DNA of 64,000 bases from Felis catus (Eukaryota): contig NC_058368.1 of the NCBI RefSeq assembly GCF_018350175.1, positions 208,074,001-208,138,000 on the forward strand, given 5' to 3'. This document shows, piece after piece, positions 12,093 to 23,405 of the stretch; positions within the stretch are counted from its first letter, which is position 1; each line of letters begins with the position of its first letter. The notes beneath the pieces are model-generated. The model was given only the letters and a program-made list of their open reading frames with translations. It was not told where the DNA came from and did not search any database. The position numbers and the translations under genes were made by a program.

Positions 12093-13301
12093 AAGCTCAT
12101 TCCTCTTCATTCCAAGTCTAGCGTGTAAATTAAGTTCAGGTCACACAGACTTTTCCTATCAGATCTGAGTACAATGCTTCTAAACCAACTGCACATATCT
12201 CCACAAAATAAAGGATATTGATTTTCTATCTACAAAGTAAATGTAGCTCCTGTTGGGAGAAACGTGTTTGTTCTGGCCTTTCTGGTAGTAATGGAAATGA
12301 ATTACAACCTTGGGCAAAAGGGCATCTCTCAGTCAAGGGGATGTGGTCTGATCTGGTGGGTAGAGAGGGCATGTTGGAGGCAACATTCTATTTATAGCTG
12401 GGGTTGACTCCTCCGGGCCACTGAGGTGTTGGGCAGGAAGGACTGACCTCTGCTCTCCTCTTTTCCAGTCCATCCCTGACATGAAGCTAGCAGAAAAAGG
12501 GGTTTGCTCTTCTATTTTCAAGCCAGGCTTGTTTCCAAGTTAAAAAAGCATTTTCTGAGAGATGGCGGCCAGAGAGATCTTCGCTAAGATGGTATTCCCA
12601 TGGATGTTTCCGGTTTGGTTGCTGCATCTCGGAAGTTCTTATGTGCTCATTATGGGTTTGTGCTGTTTCCCTCACAAGATACCAATGTCTTTAAGAGTAG
12701 AAACCATGTGTTTTTCTTTCTTTGTATTGTCCCAAGCCAAGTTTAGCTGTCTACCTTTGGAGTGTTGGCTCACAGACCTTAATAATTGTTTATGAGTATA
12801 ATTACCACCCATAAAGTAAATACCTTGTTTTGAAAAGAAGTGCAAAATAATCATAAAACCACCGTGGAGCATTTAGATTTCCATGATGATGACATATAAG
12901 CTTCTCTTTGGAATCCTGGAAAATAGGAGAAGACTTGAATCAGAAGCAATACAATCTCATGCTATAAGCTTTTAGAGCACAATGACATGATTTTTCAATC
13001 TATTTCTAGGGCAATAACTGATATGTTTTTAAATTGTGGTATAATCTGCAGTGGGCTAATATGGCAGTGATGGATTGCTTTCTGGAAACAGTTCTATGTA
13101 CTTCATCAAAGAATGTAGCAGGGAGAGAAGTGATGGTTCCCAAGGAGGATGAATTCCAGCCAGCTTCGAGTTCTGGGGATTGATAGAACCCCCCTCAGAC
13201 ACCGAGTTAAATATTGAAATGATAGGAGCATTTGATAGAAAAATTTTTGGCTCAAGATTTCTATATCTGTGAAATCTCTTCATGGTAGCCAGTCTCCAAG
13301 A

Positions 13302-13750
13302 TCACCCTGATGATCTTGCCTTCTGGTATTCACACCCTCGTGTAGCATCTTGCCACAATGAATAGGGCCCCCATGCATAACCAACAGGATGTATAGAACC
13401 AACAGTGAGGTTGAGTTATTAAAACATTGCAGCTTCCATCTTGCTCTCTCTTGGATCACCTGCTCAGGGATCAATCAGCTGCTCTGTTCAGAGGATTCTT
13501 ACAACAGCCTGGTGGAAATCCTCATGTGGCCAGGAATTGAGGTTTCTTGCCAACAGCCGCCACCAACTTGCTAGCAGTATGAGTGAGCCATCTTGAAAGT
13601 GGATTCTCCAGCCCCAGTCAAGCTCCCAGATGATGGCAGGCTCAGTCAACATCTTCACTACAACAGGCCAACCAGTTAAACCGCTCCTAAATTCCTTATC
13701 CACAGAAACTAAGTTTGGGGGAATTTCTTACACACCAGTAAATAAAACTT
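13302..13750 (+). mobile_element. MaLR solo LTR (MLT1F-like)
   Basis: Starts 'tggtagccagtctccaagatcaccctgatgatcttgccttctggtattcacaccctcgtgtag' and ends 'ctaagtttgggggaatttcttacacaccagtaaataaaac', matching MLT1F-type termini. Confidence 0.8.
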
Positions 13751-13784
13751 GAATCTGAGTTAGGATAAACTGATGGTCTGACAC

Positions 13785-14126
13785 CGTAATGGACACTGTG
13801 GCACACTCCCTATTGCTTCTGTAGGACTGACATAACCACATCCCAGCTCCTAGAAATCTTGACAACACAGAGTTACTATCCCTCAATGCCTTCATCTGAA
13901 AGTGTGTCTCATCCAAGATCATGATCCCGTCGGGGAGAGTTTGTGGCCAATGACTAACAGATGTGGGGATTAAACGGTCTAGCTCCCTTGCTTCAATCCG
14001 TCTTTCTCCCTACTTTTTATTTCTTCAGTTCCTTAAAGATGTGTCTCCTGAGTACATTCAAGAATAAATCTTCTGCATGCACCTCTGTATCTCCGAGTCT
14101 GGTTTCCAGGGCGCCAAACTTGAAAT
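13785..14126 (+). mobile_element. ERV-L 5' LTR (LTR16A-like)
   Basis: 'ggacactgtgg...ccaatgactaacagatgtggggattaaacgg...aataaatcttctgcatgcacctctgtatctccgagtctggtttccaggg' is an LTR16-type U3/R/U5 with AATAAA. Confidence 0.75.
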
Positions 14127-15027
14127 AGTTGGCACCTGGGATAGTCCTTGGAGGCAGAGCATGTGGCAGGGGGCCTGGTTGGTTTGCCAGGGCCTGGGAA
14201 GAGAACAGTTAAAAAGACTGGGGACAAGCGTATCTGGGGAAGAGGCACCTGGATGGGCATATGTGGTGGGCACGACCAGACAGCATACACTGCAGAAGAG
14301 TTACTAACCAACCAAGTGACTCAGCTAGTAGGTATCAGCCAGCCTCTGTCCTCTTCAACTCCAGTGCCTGTACAGTGGATTAATGAATAGAGCGACCATG
14401 ACGGTAGAGATGAAGCCTTACGCATTGGCCAACAGCATGCTCACAAAGGCTGATTTAGCTAATGATGCTGCTGAGTATCCATCCAACCTGCCAGTGACAA
14501 AGAGTAATGCTGGGTCTCCAATATGGCACCCTTACCAGTCGTTTGGTAGCAAATCAGTTCTGTGGAATTTTTTCGATCCTAGAAGAAGGAGCAACTGATC
14601 TTAACTAAGATTGATACATGTTCCACGTATATGGGTTTGCCGACCCTGCCTGCAGGTCTTTAGCTGGACATCTTTGGGTGCTCCTATGCCTAGACTTAGT
14701 GGTTTATACTCAGGCACAGCAGCCACAGCCTGGGAAGGACTTGGTAATTCAGGAAAGAGAGCCTAGGTCACCCCACCATGCTAGCTACCTAGATCAACAG
14801 ATCCGTTGGCTGAGGGTGAGAAGAACCCAGGTTGAGTAGTGGAGGATAAGGACCTCCTTATCCTGAGCTTCAATTAGGAATGTGAGGTCAAGTGCAGCAG
14901 TAGGGCTATAGCTCATCTCGCTAGTACTTCTAAGTTTGCACAAGAAACAAGACTAGCCAGAACCCTGGAGGAACTGTTTCCAGATAGGGCAACATTACCT
15001 TTAGCCGCAAGTGGATGTAAGTACCCT
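14127..15027 (+). mobile_element. ERV-L internal remnant (ERV3-16A3_I-like) with degenerate pol RNase H C-terminus and integrase N-terminus
   Basis: ORF 14148-14390 (GDKRIWGRGTWMGI; TAEELLTNQV; SQPLSSSTPVPVQWINE) and ORF 14383-14598 (LTKADLANDAAEYP) match ERV-L Pol motifs (GDKEIWGRGMW; AEE..NNQV; SQPLSPATPVIAQWAHE; LTKADLATAAAECP). Stops and frameshifts present. Confidence 0.85.
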
Positions 15028-15335
15028 TGGAGTGGGTGCTGTAGAGCTCCTTGGAGGTCCCCCCTTCAGGAACTATGTACCCATGCTTCAGCTGCTGGGA
15101 ATGTCATCTGATGGCAGTTCTTAGCTACATGGCTCCCTGGAATCATCCTTGGCTCCTGAGAACTGCTTCACCTAAGGTTACGCTTCCAGGGACAGCCATT
15201 GACTGGCTGGTGTGAGGATGCAAGTGTTGTCCCATTTGCCTCGCTTAGGGCTTCTCAGCTCCAGAGCCACCCCCATCCCCCGCCCCCGCCCGGAGAACGG
15301 CTGAAGCCTCTGCTGCAGCTGTGTATCCAGAATTT
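15028..15335 (+). mobile_element. ERV-L 3' LTR (LTR16A-like), truncated
   Basis: 'ccccccttcagga...cagctgctgggaatgtc...cctaaggttacgc...cagctccagagc...cggctgaagcctctgctgcagctg' are LTR16A motifs. Confidence 0.7.
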
Positions 15336-15419
15336 ACATTGGCCAAGATCAGTGCAATACTATTGTGTATTTCTGATTTTTCTCCCCAAACTTCTTGTCT
15401 CCTGTTTGCCTAATGCTCT

Positions 15420-15830
15420 TTCCCCTTCTCCATCCTGCTGTCTGCCCCAGGAGGGAAGGGGGAGCAGTAGGGATTACCACAGGGGTCTCATGCCCTCCAG
15501 CCTCTGGGTGGATCCAGCCAGTGGGGAACACAGCATGGGCAGGAGACACAAGGGAGGGAGGAGGGTGAGGCTGGGGTAGTTAATCATCTCCATCTCTCCT
15601 TGTGCGTTTGCCACAGGCTGGATGCATCCCTGAGCAGAAGCGCACAGCTCCTGTCGCACAGTTCCCCTGCCAGGTTCTATGAATCCGTGTTCTAGGAACA
15701 GCCCCCTCACCTGGCCCCTTTTGGCTTAGGGGTGCTAGCCACCCCCCATTGTTATTCGCTTCGGACTTCCGCATTATCCCTTCTGGTTTCCCTACACCCT
15801 GCTCACATCTTTGCCAATGGTCCTCTCCTC
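15420..15830 (+). mobile_element. LTR33-like ERV-L LTR
   Basis: 'catgccctccagcctctgggtggatccagccagtgggga...caggagacacaagggagggaggagggtgaggctggggtagtta' resembles the LTR33 core. Confidence 0.65.
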
Positions 15831-17252
15831 GAGCCCTTATATCCTCTTCAAGCCCTTACATCCCACGGCTTACTGCCTGGCCCCTGGTAGAATGGTCCTT
15901 CTCTTCTTTTCCGGTTAGGAGACTAAACCCAGACCTGGTTCTCACAGAGACAGGCTAAGCACCCGTGTGCAAACTGCTTCATCAGTCTAGGCTAGGAAAT
16001 CCCTGGGAGCTAGCTAGAGTTCAAAGATTTAAAACATAACTCTAAGTTGGATGGGGAAACTCCCACCTCATTTCAGCATAATGGAGTTGTTTTCTTAAGG
16101 AAAGGGGCAAGACAGGAGACGGGAGCAGAGAAGGATTAAAAATGCTTAGCTGCCATGAAGAGAGGGTGGTGAACACGAAGACTTGGCATAGAAATGGCCA
16201 CAGGTAGTAGCAGGCCCAGGCTGGTGGGAGACTGAAACCAGAGGCTTCAGCAGAGCAATGCCAGGTAAAGCAGTTCTGCGTAAACGCGGGCTCTCGGGAA
16301 GCCCCAGCAGACAGGCCGGTGAACGGCCATTTCCTAACATTCTCTGCCATGTCTGTGTCCGGCATTCCAGGGACAGCCTCGTTGACTACACATGTCCCCT
16401 GTCCCAGGCATGGTGCTTTACGTGCACGGGCTCATTTCGACTTCACAGGGTGGACAAAGCTGGTTTGGGAAACCAGGCTGAGAGAGTTGCCTAAGGACCC
16501 AGGCCTTGTAAGTGACAGGGCCAGGACTCCAACCCTCGAGTTGAACCACCCATTCGGTCACCCTCTTCTAGGACAGACTGGGCCTGCCTTTAAAGATGCA
16601 CGTCAGGCCAGCGTGGACACTGGGAAGGTTCAGCACTGCCTCCTCTTGCCTCTTGGAGGTCATTGAATTAGGCCCAAATTCGCGGTTAATCTGGTACCAA
16701 CCCACTGTGTGGGAGCCAAAACTTGTGTAGAACCAGAAGAGGCCCCCACGAGGACGATCAGTTTGGGATCAGGGAGCCTGTTTCCTTCACTGCCACCCCT
16801 GCCTTCTGCCTTGCCCTTCCTGCCCAGGTGTGGCTCCACAGGGCCAGGTCCTAGCTCGGGGAAGCAGGGACATGGCACGGAGAAAGGTATTTGTGTTCAC
16901 GGAGCGTCCTCTGTGTGTGGGATTGCACTGGGGGAGAAGGGGGGAGGGAAGGCATTCCTCATGCAGTAAACAATCCAGACCAATTTGCACCCCAGCCACT
17001 GAGCTGTAATCTTTTCATTATGCTTTGCATATTTATAACCAGGAGTTCTATTGCTCTGGTACAAACACGATTGCCAAAGGATTTGCTTTAAGCATCAGTT
17101 TTTGTGGAAGAAAAATTGGTCAGCCACATTGAATACCCCTTTAAAAAGCAATCCCCCCCCGCCCCCGCCCCAACCCAACCCCTGTCTCTCTCTAGCTGGA
17201 AGACACTGTGTGAGCTTGGTCCTAAAATAAAGGGGACTTGCTTTCTTTATTT

Positions 17253-17480
17253 AAAAAAAAAAAATCTTTTTTAACGTTTATTTATTTTTGAGACAGAGAG
17301 AGACAGAGCATGAACGGGGGGGGGAGGGGGGTCAGAGAGAGGGAGACACAGAATCCGAAACAGGCTCCAGGCTCTGAGCTGTCAGCATAGAGCCTGACGC
17401 GGGGCTCGAACTCATGAACCCTGAGATCATGACCTGAGCCAAAGTCGGCCGCTTAACCGACTGAGCCACCCAGGCACCCC
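17253..17480 (-). mobile_element. CAN-SINE, felid type
   Basis: aacgtttatttatttttgagacagagagagacagagcatgaac...gagccacccaggcacccc; flanked by gctttctt on both sides. Confidence 0.95.
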
Positions 17481-17496
17481 TAGCTTTCTTAAACTA

Positions 17497-17946
17497 CAGT
17501 GGTTCCTCCCTTCATCTGCAGGGATACACGTTCCAAGACCCACCAGCGGATGCCTAAAATTGCAGATAGTACTGAACCCTATATGTTTTTTCCTACACAT
17601 GCGTACTTACGGTAAAGTTTATAAACTGGGCACACTACACGGTTAACAATAACTCATAATAAAAATAGAACAATCATAGCAATACGCTGTAACAAAAGTC
17701 GGGTGAAGGTGGTCTTTCTCTTAAAATATCTTATGGTACTGTCCTCTCCCTTCTTGTGATGCTGTGAGATGAAGAAATGCCTACGTGAGGAGGCGAAGTG
17801 AGGCGACAGAGGTGTGATGAGGGAGCGTTAGGTTCCTACTGAGCAGACTGTGGGTCAGGAGGAGGATCATCCGCTCCCACACCGCAGCTGAATGCGTGTA
17901 ACTGGAAACTGCGGGAAGCCACGCTGTGGCTAAGGGAGGCCGACTC
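17497..17946 (-). mobile_element. TcMar-Tigger non-autonomous DNA transposon (MER44/Tigger7-like)
   Basis: TA followed by 'cagtggttcctcccttcatctgcagggatacacgttccaagaccc' and a degenerate inverted end '...gctgtggctaagggaggccgact'; internal sequence fits the MER44 family. Confidence 0.8.
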
Positions 17947-19215
17947 TTCCCTCCCAGGTGTTCTTCAGTTGGGATAGAGCAGTCTCAACTCGTTCTAGAT
18001 GCTGTGCCTAGTGGGTGCCAGCCTGCTCTAGCTACTCCCAAAGATGCTAATTTTAGCTACCATATTTTATTTTCATGTCCCGAGGGCCTCCTGTGCTTTG
18101 CCTGATTCTCTTCAGTGAATACAAGTAACTAAGCTGTGTGGATCCCATGACCCTGTTCCAGTGTGCATTCTTTTGCTACAAATGCAGACTTTTTGCCCAT
18201 GTCCAGGCCCATTTGTGTTAGGGACAAAAATGGAACAGAAAGGGGGTGCCTTCTATTTATGTTTCCTCAATTTGGGGGGCCTACATAAGGTGGTGAGTTA
18301 GGAGGGAAGAGGGTCAGTTCTGCAGAGGCCAGACGCACATACCATGACGGAGGCATGCCCCACTTCTGTTCCACCATGAGAGGAGCAATTGAAAGAAAAA
18401 AAACAACCACCACTGTGGGTAGAATCTTTACTCATCCCCGTGGTGCAGATCCTAGGGTCTCACCAGCACAAGCAATGCCACTGAAATAATAGGAACAGTG
18501 TTGCCACATTGTCTTCAATGGAAGAGGCATCTGGAATTTTGAACTGGATTGGAAAATCCTGGGCTCTGCAGGATCTTACTCAAGGTCCAAAGAATGCTGC
18601 TCTGACATGGGAGGCCCCTTGGGGATCCCTACGTTATCCTCAGAAAGACCCCAAGGGAGGCTCCTGCTGGGCCCGCACTGGCCCTCTGGAGGGCTAACGC
18701 TGTGCTAAGCCCAGCCATGAACATTGAGATCCTTTCTGTGGTTCTGTGGTTCTTTTAGGGCCTGTTTTGGGGAGAAGCGGAGTCAAAGAGTGCATTTCTG
18801 TCGCTATTCTTGCTCCTTTACCCAGCTAACCCTGAGTCGCCAGCATTTCTCAAACCATAGTTTAGCTGTGAATACCCGAGATTTTCTTCCTGTGCTGACC
18901 ACAGTCGCCCTGGTGGTCATGCCACTTTCTGGCATAGCCAGGCAGAGGGCCAGCCGCCTCAGAGCCTCTGAGAGGAGGGGAGAGGAAGGATGCTTTCTTT
19001 TCATGGCCCAAAGGGACTGTGGGTCCCAACCGCCTGGACGCTCAGGGTAGAATCAAGCTGAACAAATTACAGGGAGTAATTTAGGGGTGGGGTGGGGTGG
19101 GAGGGGGCATGTGCCTTCATCCAGACCAATGTTTTCAAAGGCCTCTATTTCGTGAAGGTGTTGTGACCAAACTTTGATTTTCTCTTTGTGAATGAACCTA
19201 TTTGTGAAAAATTCT

Positions 19216-19320
19216 GAAAAAGAATAAGGAGGGGAGGAGGGAGGAGGAGGGGGGGGGAGAAGGGAGAGAAAGAGGAGGACGGGGAGGAAGAAAGAAAGAA
19301 AGAGAAAGAAAGGCAGACAA
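19216..19320. repeat. Polypurine (GGA/GAAA) tract
   Basis: About 100 bp, almost all A/G. Confidence 0.85.
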
Positions 19321-19818
19321 AATGAGTCTTTTCAATGCTAGCTATTGAAGGTAAACTGCAATTTCAGAACTTTAATCTTCCCTAAGTATTCTTTTGCAAT
19401 TTCAAGCAACATTTTGGGTCCCCCACATCTTTTCTTCAAAATGCCAAGATGGCGGTCATGAAGCCCTTTGGTCCTCTCAAAGACTTTCAGTGGAGGGAAA
19501 GAAATTCAAGTTCACCCACTGGGTAATAGTTACTGAGCATTCGTTCAGCCTGGTGCTGGGAACCCATGAGGACCTTCTGCTTTTATTTGGAAGCTAAGAC
19601 TTCCATATTTAAAACATTAGCCATAACTTGGAGTCCACATATTAGTAAGGTTAGTGTATATAAGATAAGAAAAGAGAGAATTTAAAGTTAACAAAAGACA
19701 ACTGTAAGGCAGAGGATTGAGAGAAATATAGTGTGAGGTTGAAGATTTTGAGTGAATAACATGGACTTTACTTATCAGTACCTCCTTGCCTTTGAATCTC
19801 CCTCCCCGCTGCCCCACT

Positions 19819-19819
<1 letters not shown>

Positions 19820-19861
<42 letters not shown>
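19820..19861. repeat. (CA)n microsatellite
   Basis: Perfect CA run of about 20 units. Confidence 0.95.
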
Positions 19862-19863
<2 letters not shown>

Positions 19864-20949
19864 TTCCAACACTCTTCCTCCATTCCCTCTTTTACCGAAA
19901 TATTACTCATCCTTCATACCCTAGCTTAATTTCTGTCTTCTTTACATAGACCTTTTCAGCATCACCAGCCACCGTTGATTCCCTTTCTGGAAACTAATCT
20001 TCCACTTATTGGCTAATATACCTGCTAAGTTATTCAGTTTCTATTTATTTCAAGTATGTGTTTTGTCAGTCTTGATAACTGGAAAGGTCCTTAAGGACCA
20101 GGGTCCCATCTTCCATGGGATCAGACAAGGAAGATACGGTGGAACCATTTTGCAAACAATGGTTTGATGGATGAAAGGTTCAGGACCTTGTTTCTCTGGG
20201 AACATTATTGTGCAAGTGTCCCCGTCTGGATAAACTTTCTATTTCTTGGCCATTTCATCGGCACCACACACAGCCTGCCTCATACTTCTTAATAGCTCTT
20301 CAGTGTTCTCTTTTCAGCCCAGGGGTGGGAGCACACTGGTTCCTTGCAAACGTTCGAGAAGAAGAGCTGCATTGTTCTTAAAAGACAGAAAAGAGCAGTT
20401 GCCTGCTTTTTGTACTTTATACATAAATATTTGTTTAAGCTGTGATAAAAAGCCAAACTTAGGAAAAGAGGATAGGTTGGTTGGTGATCTTTTCAGCCAA
20501 TACACTAGTGTCGGTTGCCATCTCAAGAATAGCCAGCCTTAAGTTAATCAGTGTGTGGGTAATCCAAGACCTTTGCTCTGGCTCAGACCCTCCTGGCCTC
20601 CTTTTAGAATTTTGAGTTTCTAAGATTTCTTCCCCAGGGGGCATGAAGGATAAGGAAGAAGGACAAGGAAAAGAAGACAATTAACAAAGGCAATGTTGTT
20701 AGTGATCACACGAGCCCTGCTTGGAGACTTGGTGGAGAGAGGGCTGAACGCTGATGCTCACAGCCAAAGTTTGGGATTTAGGATCAGCCCAAGACTTGTG
20801 AGATCTATGCCAGCCGTGTCCCTATTGCCTTGGACATATACAAAATGGTAGACTCACGGCAAGGTGAGTCATGTGCGGTGTTTGGAAAGTGCCACAGTAG
20901 TTTTGTTCTCTGTTTGAATTTTACTCCAAGATGTAATCATTGATGCTAT

Positions 20950-21095
20950 CTATCATTGAATGAGTATTGAATTAAGTGCCAGACACTTCATGTGCAAGAT
21001 GATCTCATCTATAAAACAACTCTTCACAGTGAAAATAATCACCTCCTTTATACAGATCAGGAAACTGAGGCTCAAAGGAGTTGAGTAAACTGCAT
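20950..21095 (-). mobile_element. MIR fragment
   Basis: 'tttatacagatcaggaaactgaggctcaaaggagttgagtaaactgc' MIR core. Confidence 0.75.
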
Positions 21096-21974
21096 CTGCT
21101 CAACAAATATTGATTGTGAGTCTTCCGTGTGCCAGGGCAGAGAAACTCAGAGAGGCAGAACCAAGACCCAGGAGTGAGTGTATCTGAATTCCACGCCTGT
21201 GTTTCTCCGTGGAGCTATGTTGCTTCCCTTAGAGAGGAATGTCTCCAAAGGGCCTTCTCTTTCACTCTCATTTTGAAAATATTCCCTTTGCGTTCTGGAA
21301 GCTCTTTGAGTACCAAGTGAAGACTAGTAACTATGTTCACCAAATGGTAGTGATGACATTGGAATGTGTCTGCTTTATTTGTTGTTGTTTTTAAAAAGAG
21401 AGGTGGACAGAGACCATTTTGGGACTTAATTTTTTTGCTTCTTAATTTAGGAGCAGCTTAGGGGAAGAATGTGACAGCCAGGAGCTCCTGAAAGCAACAT
21501 TTTGGCTGTGGAAGGCTCTGTAATCTGATGAGCTAAGTGGAAGGAATCAGGGATGGTTTTATTAAAGGAACTTAGTCTTGACACTTAAATCACATTTCAC
21601 TCTTAGTCCGCTAGGCTCGAGCTCAGAGATTCTATCTAGTTTTCCAAGCCACATACCTACAGTTAACTTGGCCTCCCCTTACCCAGTCTTACTGAGGGAG
21701 TCTACCTCTTTGATATGTCTATTTCCTGCATGCACGCTGCCACTCATATCCAGATTATAATATTCTCCTCCCTACATTTCTTCAGCTAAATGATCTCCAA
21801 AGCTCTGGTTTTCTCTCCCTCAAATCCATTTCCCACACAGCTGCCAGGGTAAATTTTCTGATATGTAAGTGTGTAATATGTAAATTAGATCCTGTTTCTT
21901 CCCATTGCTCTCAGGATGAAGTCCACACATCTCTGCAGGGCAAATAAGCACCCACCCCCCACCATAATCTAGCC

Positions 21975-22690
21975 CAGCAGTGTTCATTGTGATGTGAGCC
22001 ACGTATAAAATTTAAAATGTTCTAGTATCCATATTTAAAGAGTAGGAAGAAATAAGAGAAAACAATTTTAATATTTTAATTTCATTTAATATATGCAAAA
22101 TATTATCATTTTGATATGCAGTCAATATATTTAGAATATCAATGAGATATTTAGCAGTCTCTTTTTCATATGTTTTATCTGCAAAATCTGAACATGAAAT
22201 TTTATTAGAAATACTTATTTGTATTCAGATTTCATAAAAATTTATCCTTTATTTTTAAAAATAAATTTTTTTTAACATTTCTTTATTTTTGAGAGAAAGT
22301 GAGAGAAAAAGCATGAGCAGGGGGGTGCAGAGAGAGAGGGAGACACAGAATCCAAAGCAGGCTACAGGCTCTGAGCTGTCAGCACAGAGCCCGACACGGG
22401 GCTCAAACTCACGAACTGCAAGATCATGACCTGAGCCGAAGGTGAAAGTTTAACCGACTGAGCCCCCCAGGCACTCCTCATAAAATTCATCCTTCAAAGA
22501 GTAAATTCACCTATCCATTTGTTCCAAAAATACTTAAAATTATTCCAATAACTAAATCAAATGTTAGTTTCAATTAAAATTAAACAAATTTAAAATTTAA
22601 ATGTAAAACCCCATCATTGTGTCACATTGAGCTCACTTGAAACACTTAATAGCCGCATGTGCCTAGTGGCTACCATTTTGAACAGCACGG
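21975..22690. mobile_element. hAT-Charlie fossil (MER33/Charlie5-like), interrupted by a SINE
   Basis: 'gtgagccacgtataaaatttaaaatgttctagt' at the left and 'aatagccgcatgtgcctagtggctaccattttgaacagcac' at the right are MER33/MER3-family ends. Confidence 0.75.
22250..22477 (-). mobile_element. CAN-SINE
   Basis: TSD tcataaaaatttatcctt (22232-22249) / tcataaaattcatcctt (22478-22494). Confidence 0.94.
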
Positions 22691-22719
22691 ATCTAACCCC
22701 TGGCTAAATATCTCAGTAA

Positions 22720-23150
22720 GACCTTGAGGACATTATGCTAAGTGGATAAGTCAGACAGAGAAAGACCAATGCTGTATGATCTCACTTACATGTGGAATCT
22801 AAAGTCAAACTTGTTAAAACAGAGAGAAAGATGGCAGCCGCCAGGGCCTGGGGATTGGGGGAATAAAAGAAATGTTGTTTAAGGGCACAAAGCTGTGAGT
22901 AGTAGACAAGTAAGTCCTGGAGATCTAAGTCACATGATAGTGATCATAGACACCATTCTGTAGTGTAATCATCAAACTTGCTAAGAGATTACATCGTAAT
23001 CATCCCATCACAAAAAATAAATAACTATACAACACGATGGGATCGCTACAATGGCAGCCATAGTATAATACAAAAAATGTATCATATCAACACGTTGTAC
23101 ACCTTAAATTTACACAATGTGATGTGTCAAATATATTTCAATTAATAAAG
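22720..23150 (+). mobile_element. L1 3' end (L1MA9/10-like)
   Basis: 'gaccttgaggacattatgctaagtggataagtcagacagagaaagac...gtacaccttaaatttacacaatgtgatgtgtcaaatatatttcaatta'. Confidence 0.85.
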
Positions 23151-23159
23151 AAAGAATAA

Positions 23160-23405
23160 TAGTAGCCAACACTGGTATATGCCAGGCACTGGTCCAAGAG
23201 TTTTCATTTTTAACTTATTTTAATTGGGTTGTCAGGAGACAATAATCCTGTGAAGGAGATACTATTATGTCTCCATCTTACAGAAAACAAAATTGAAGCA
23301 CAGAGAAGTTGAGTAATTTGCCCAAGCTCACACAGCTAAAAAGTAACAGAACTGAAGTTTGAATTCAGGGAGTCATGCCCTAGAACTTGTGCTCTGAACC
23401 ACAAC
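23160..23405 (-). mobile_element. MIR
   Basis: 'ctccatcttacagaaaacaaaattgaagcacagagaagttgagtaatttgcccaagctcacacagcta' MIR core. Confidence 0.8.

Noticed and set aside
12388..12397. Perfect MEF2 consensus ctatttatag
   Set aside because: A single 10-bp degenerate motif is expected about once by chance at this window size; no supporting context.
14148..14598. Possible domesticated retroviral integrase gene
   Set aside because: In-frame stop, frameshifts and loss of the HHCC residues; a fossil only.
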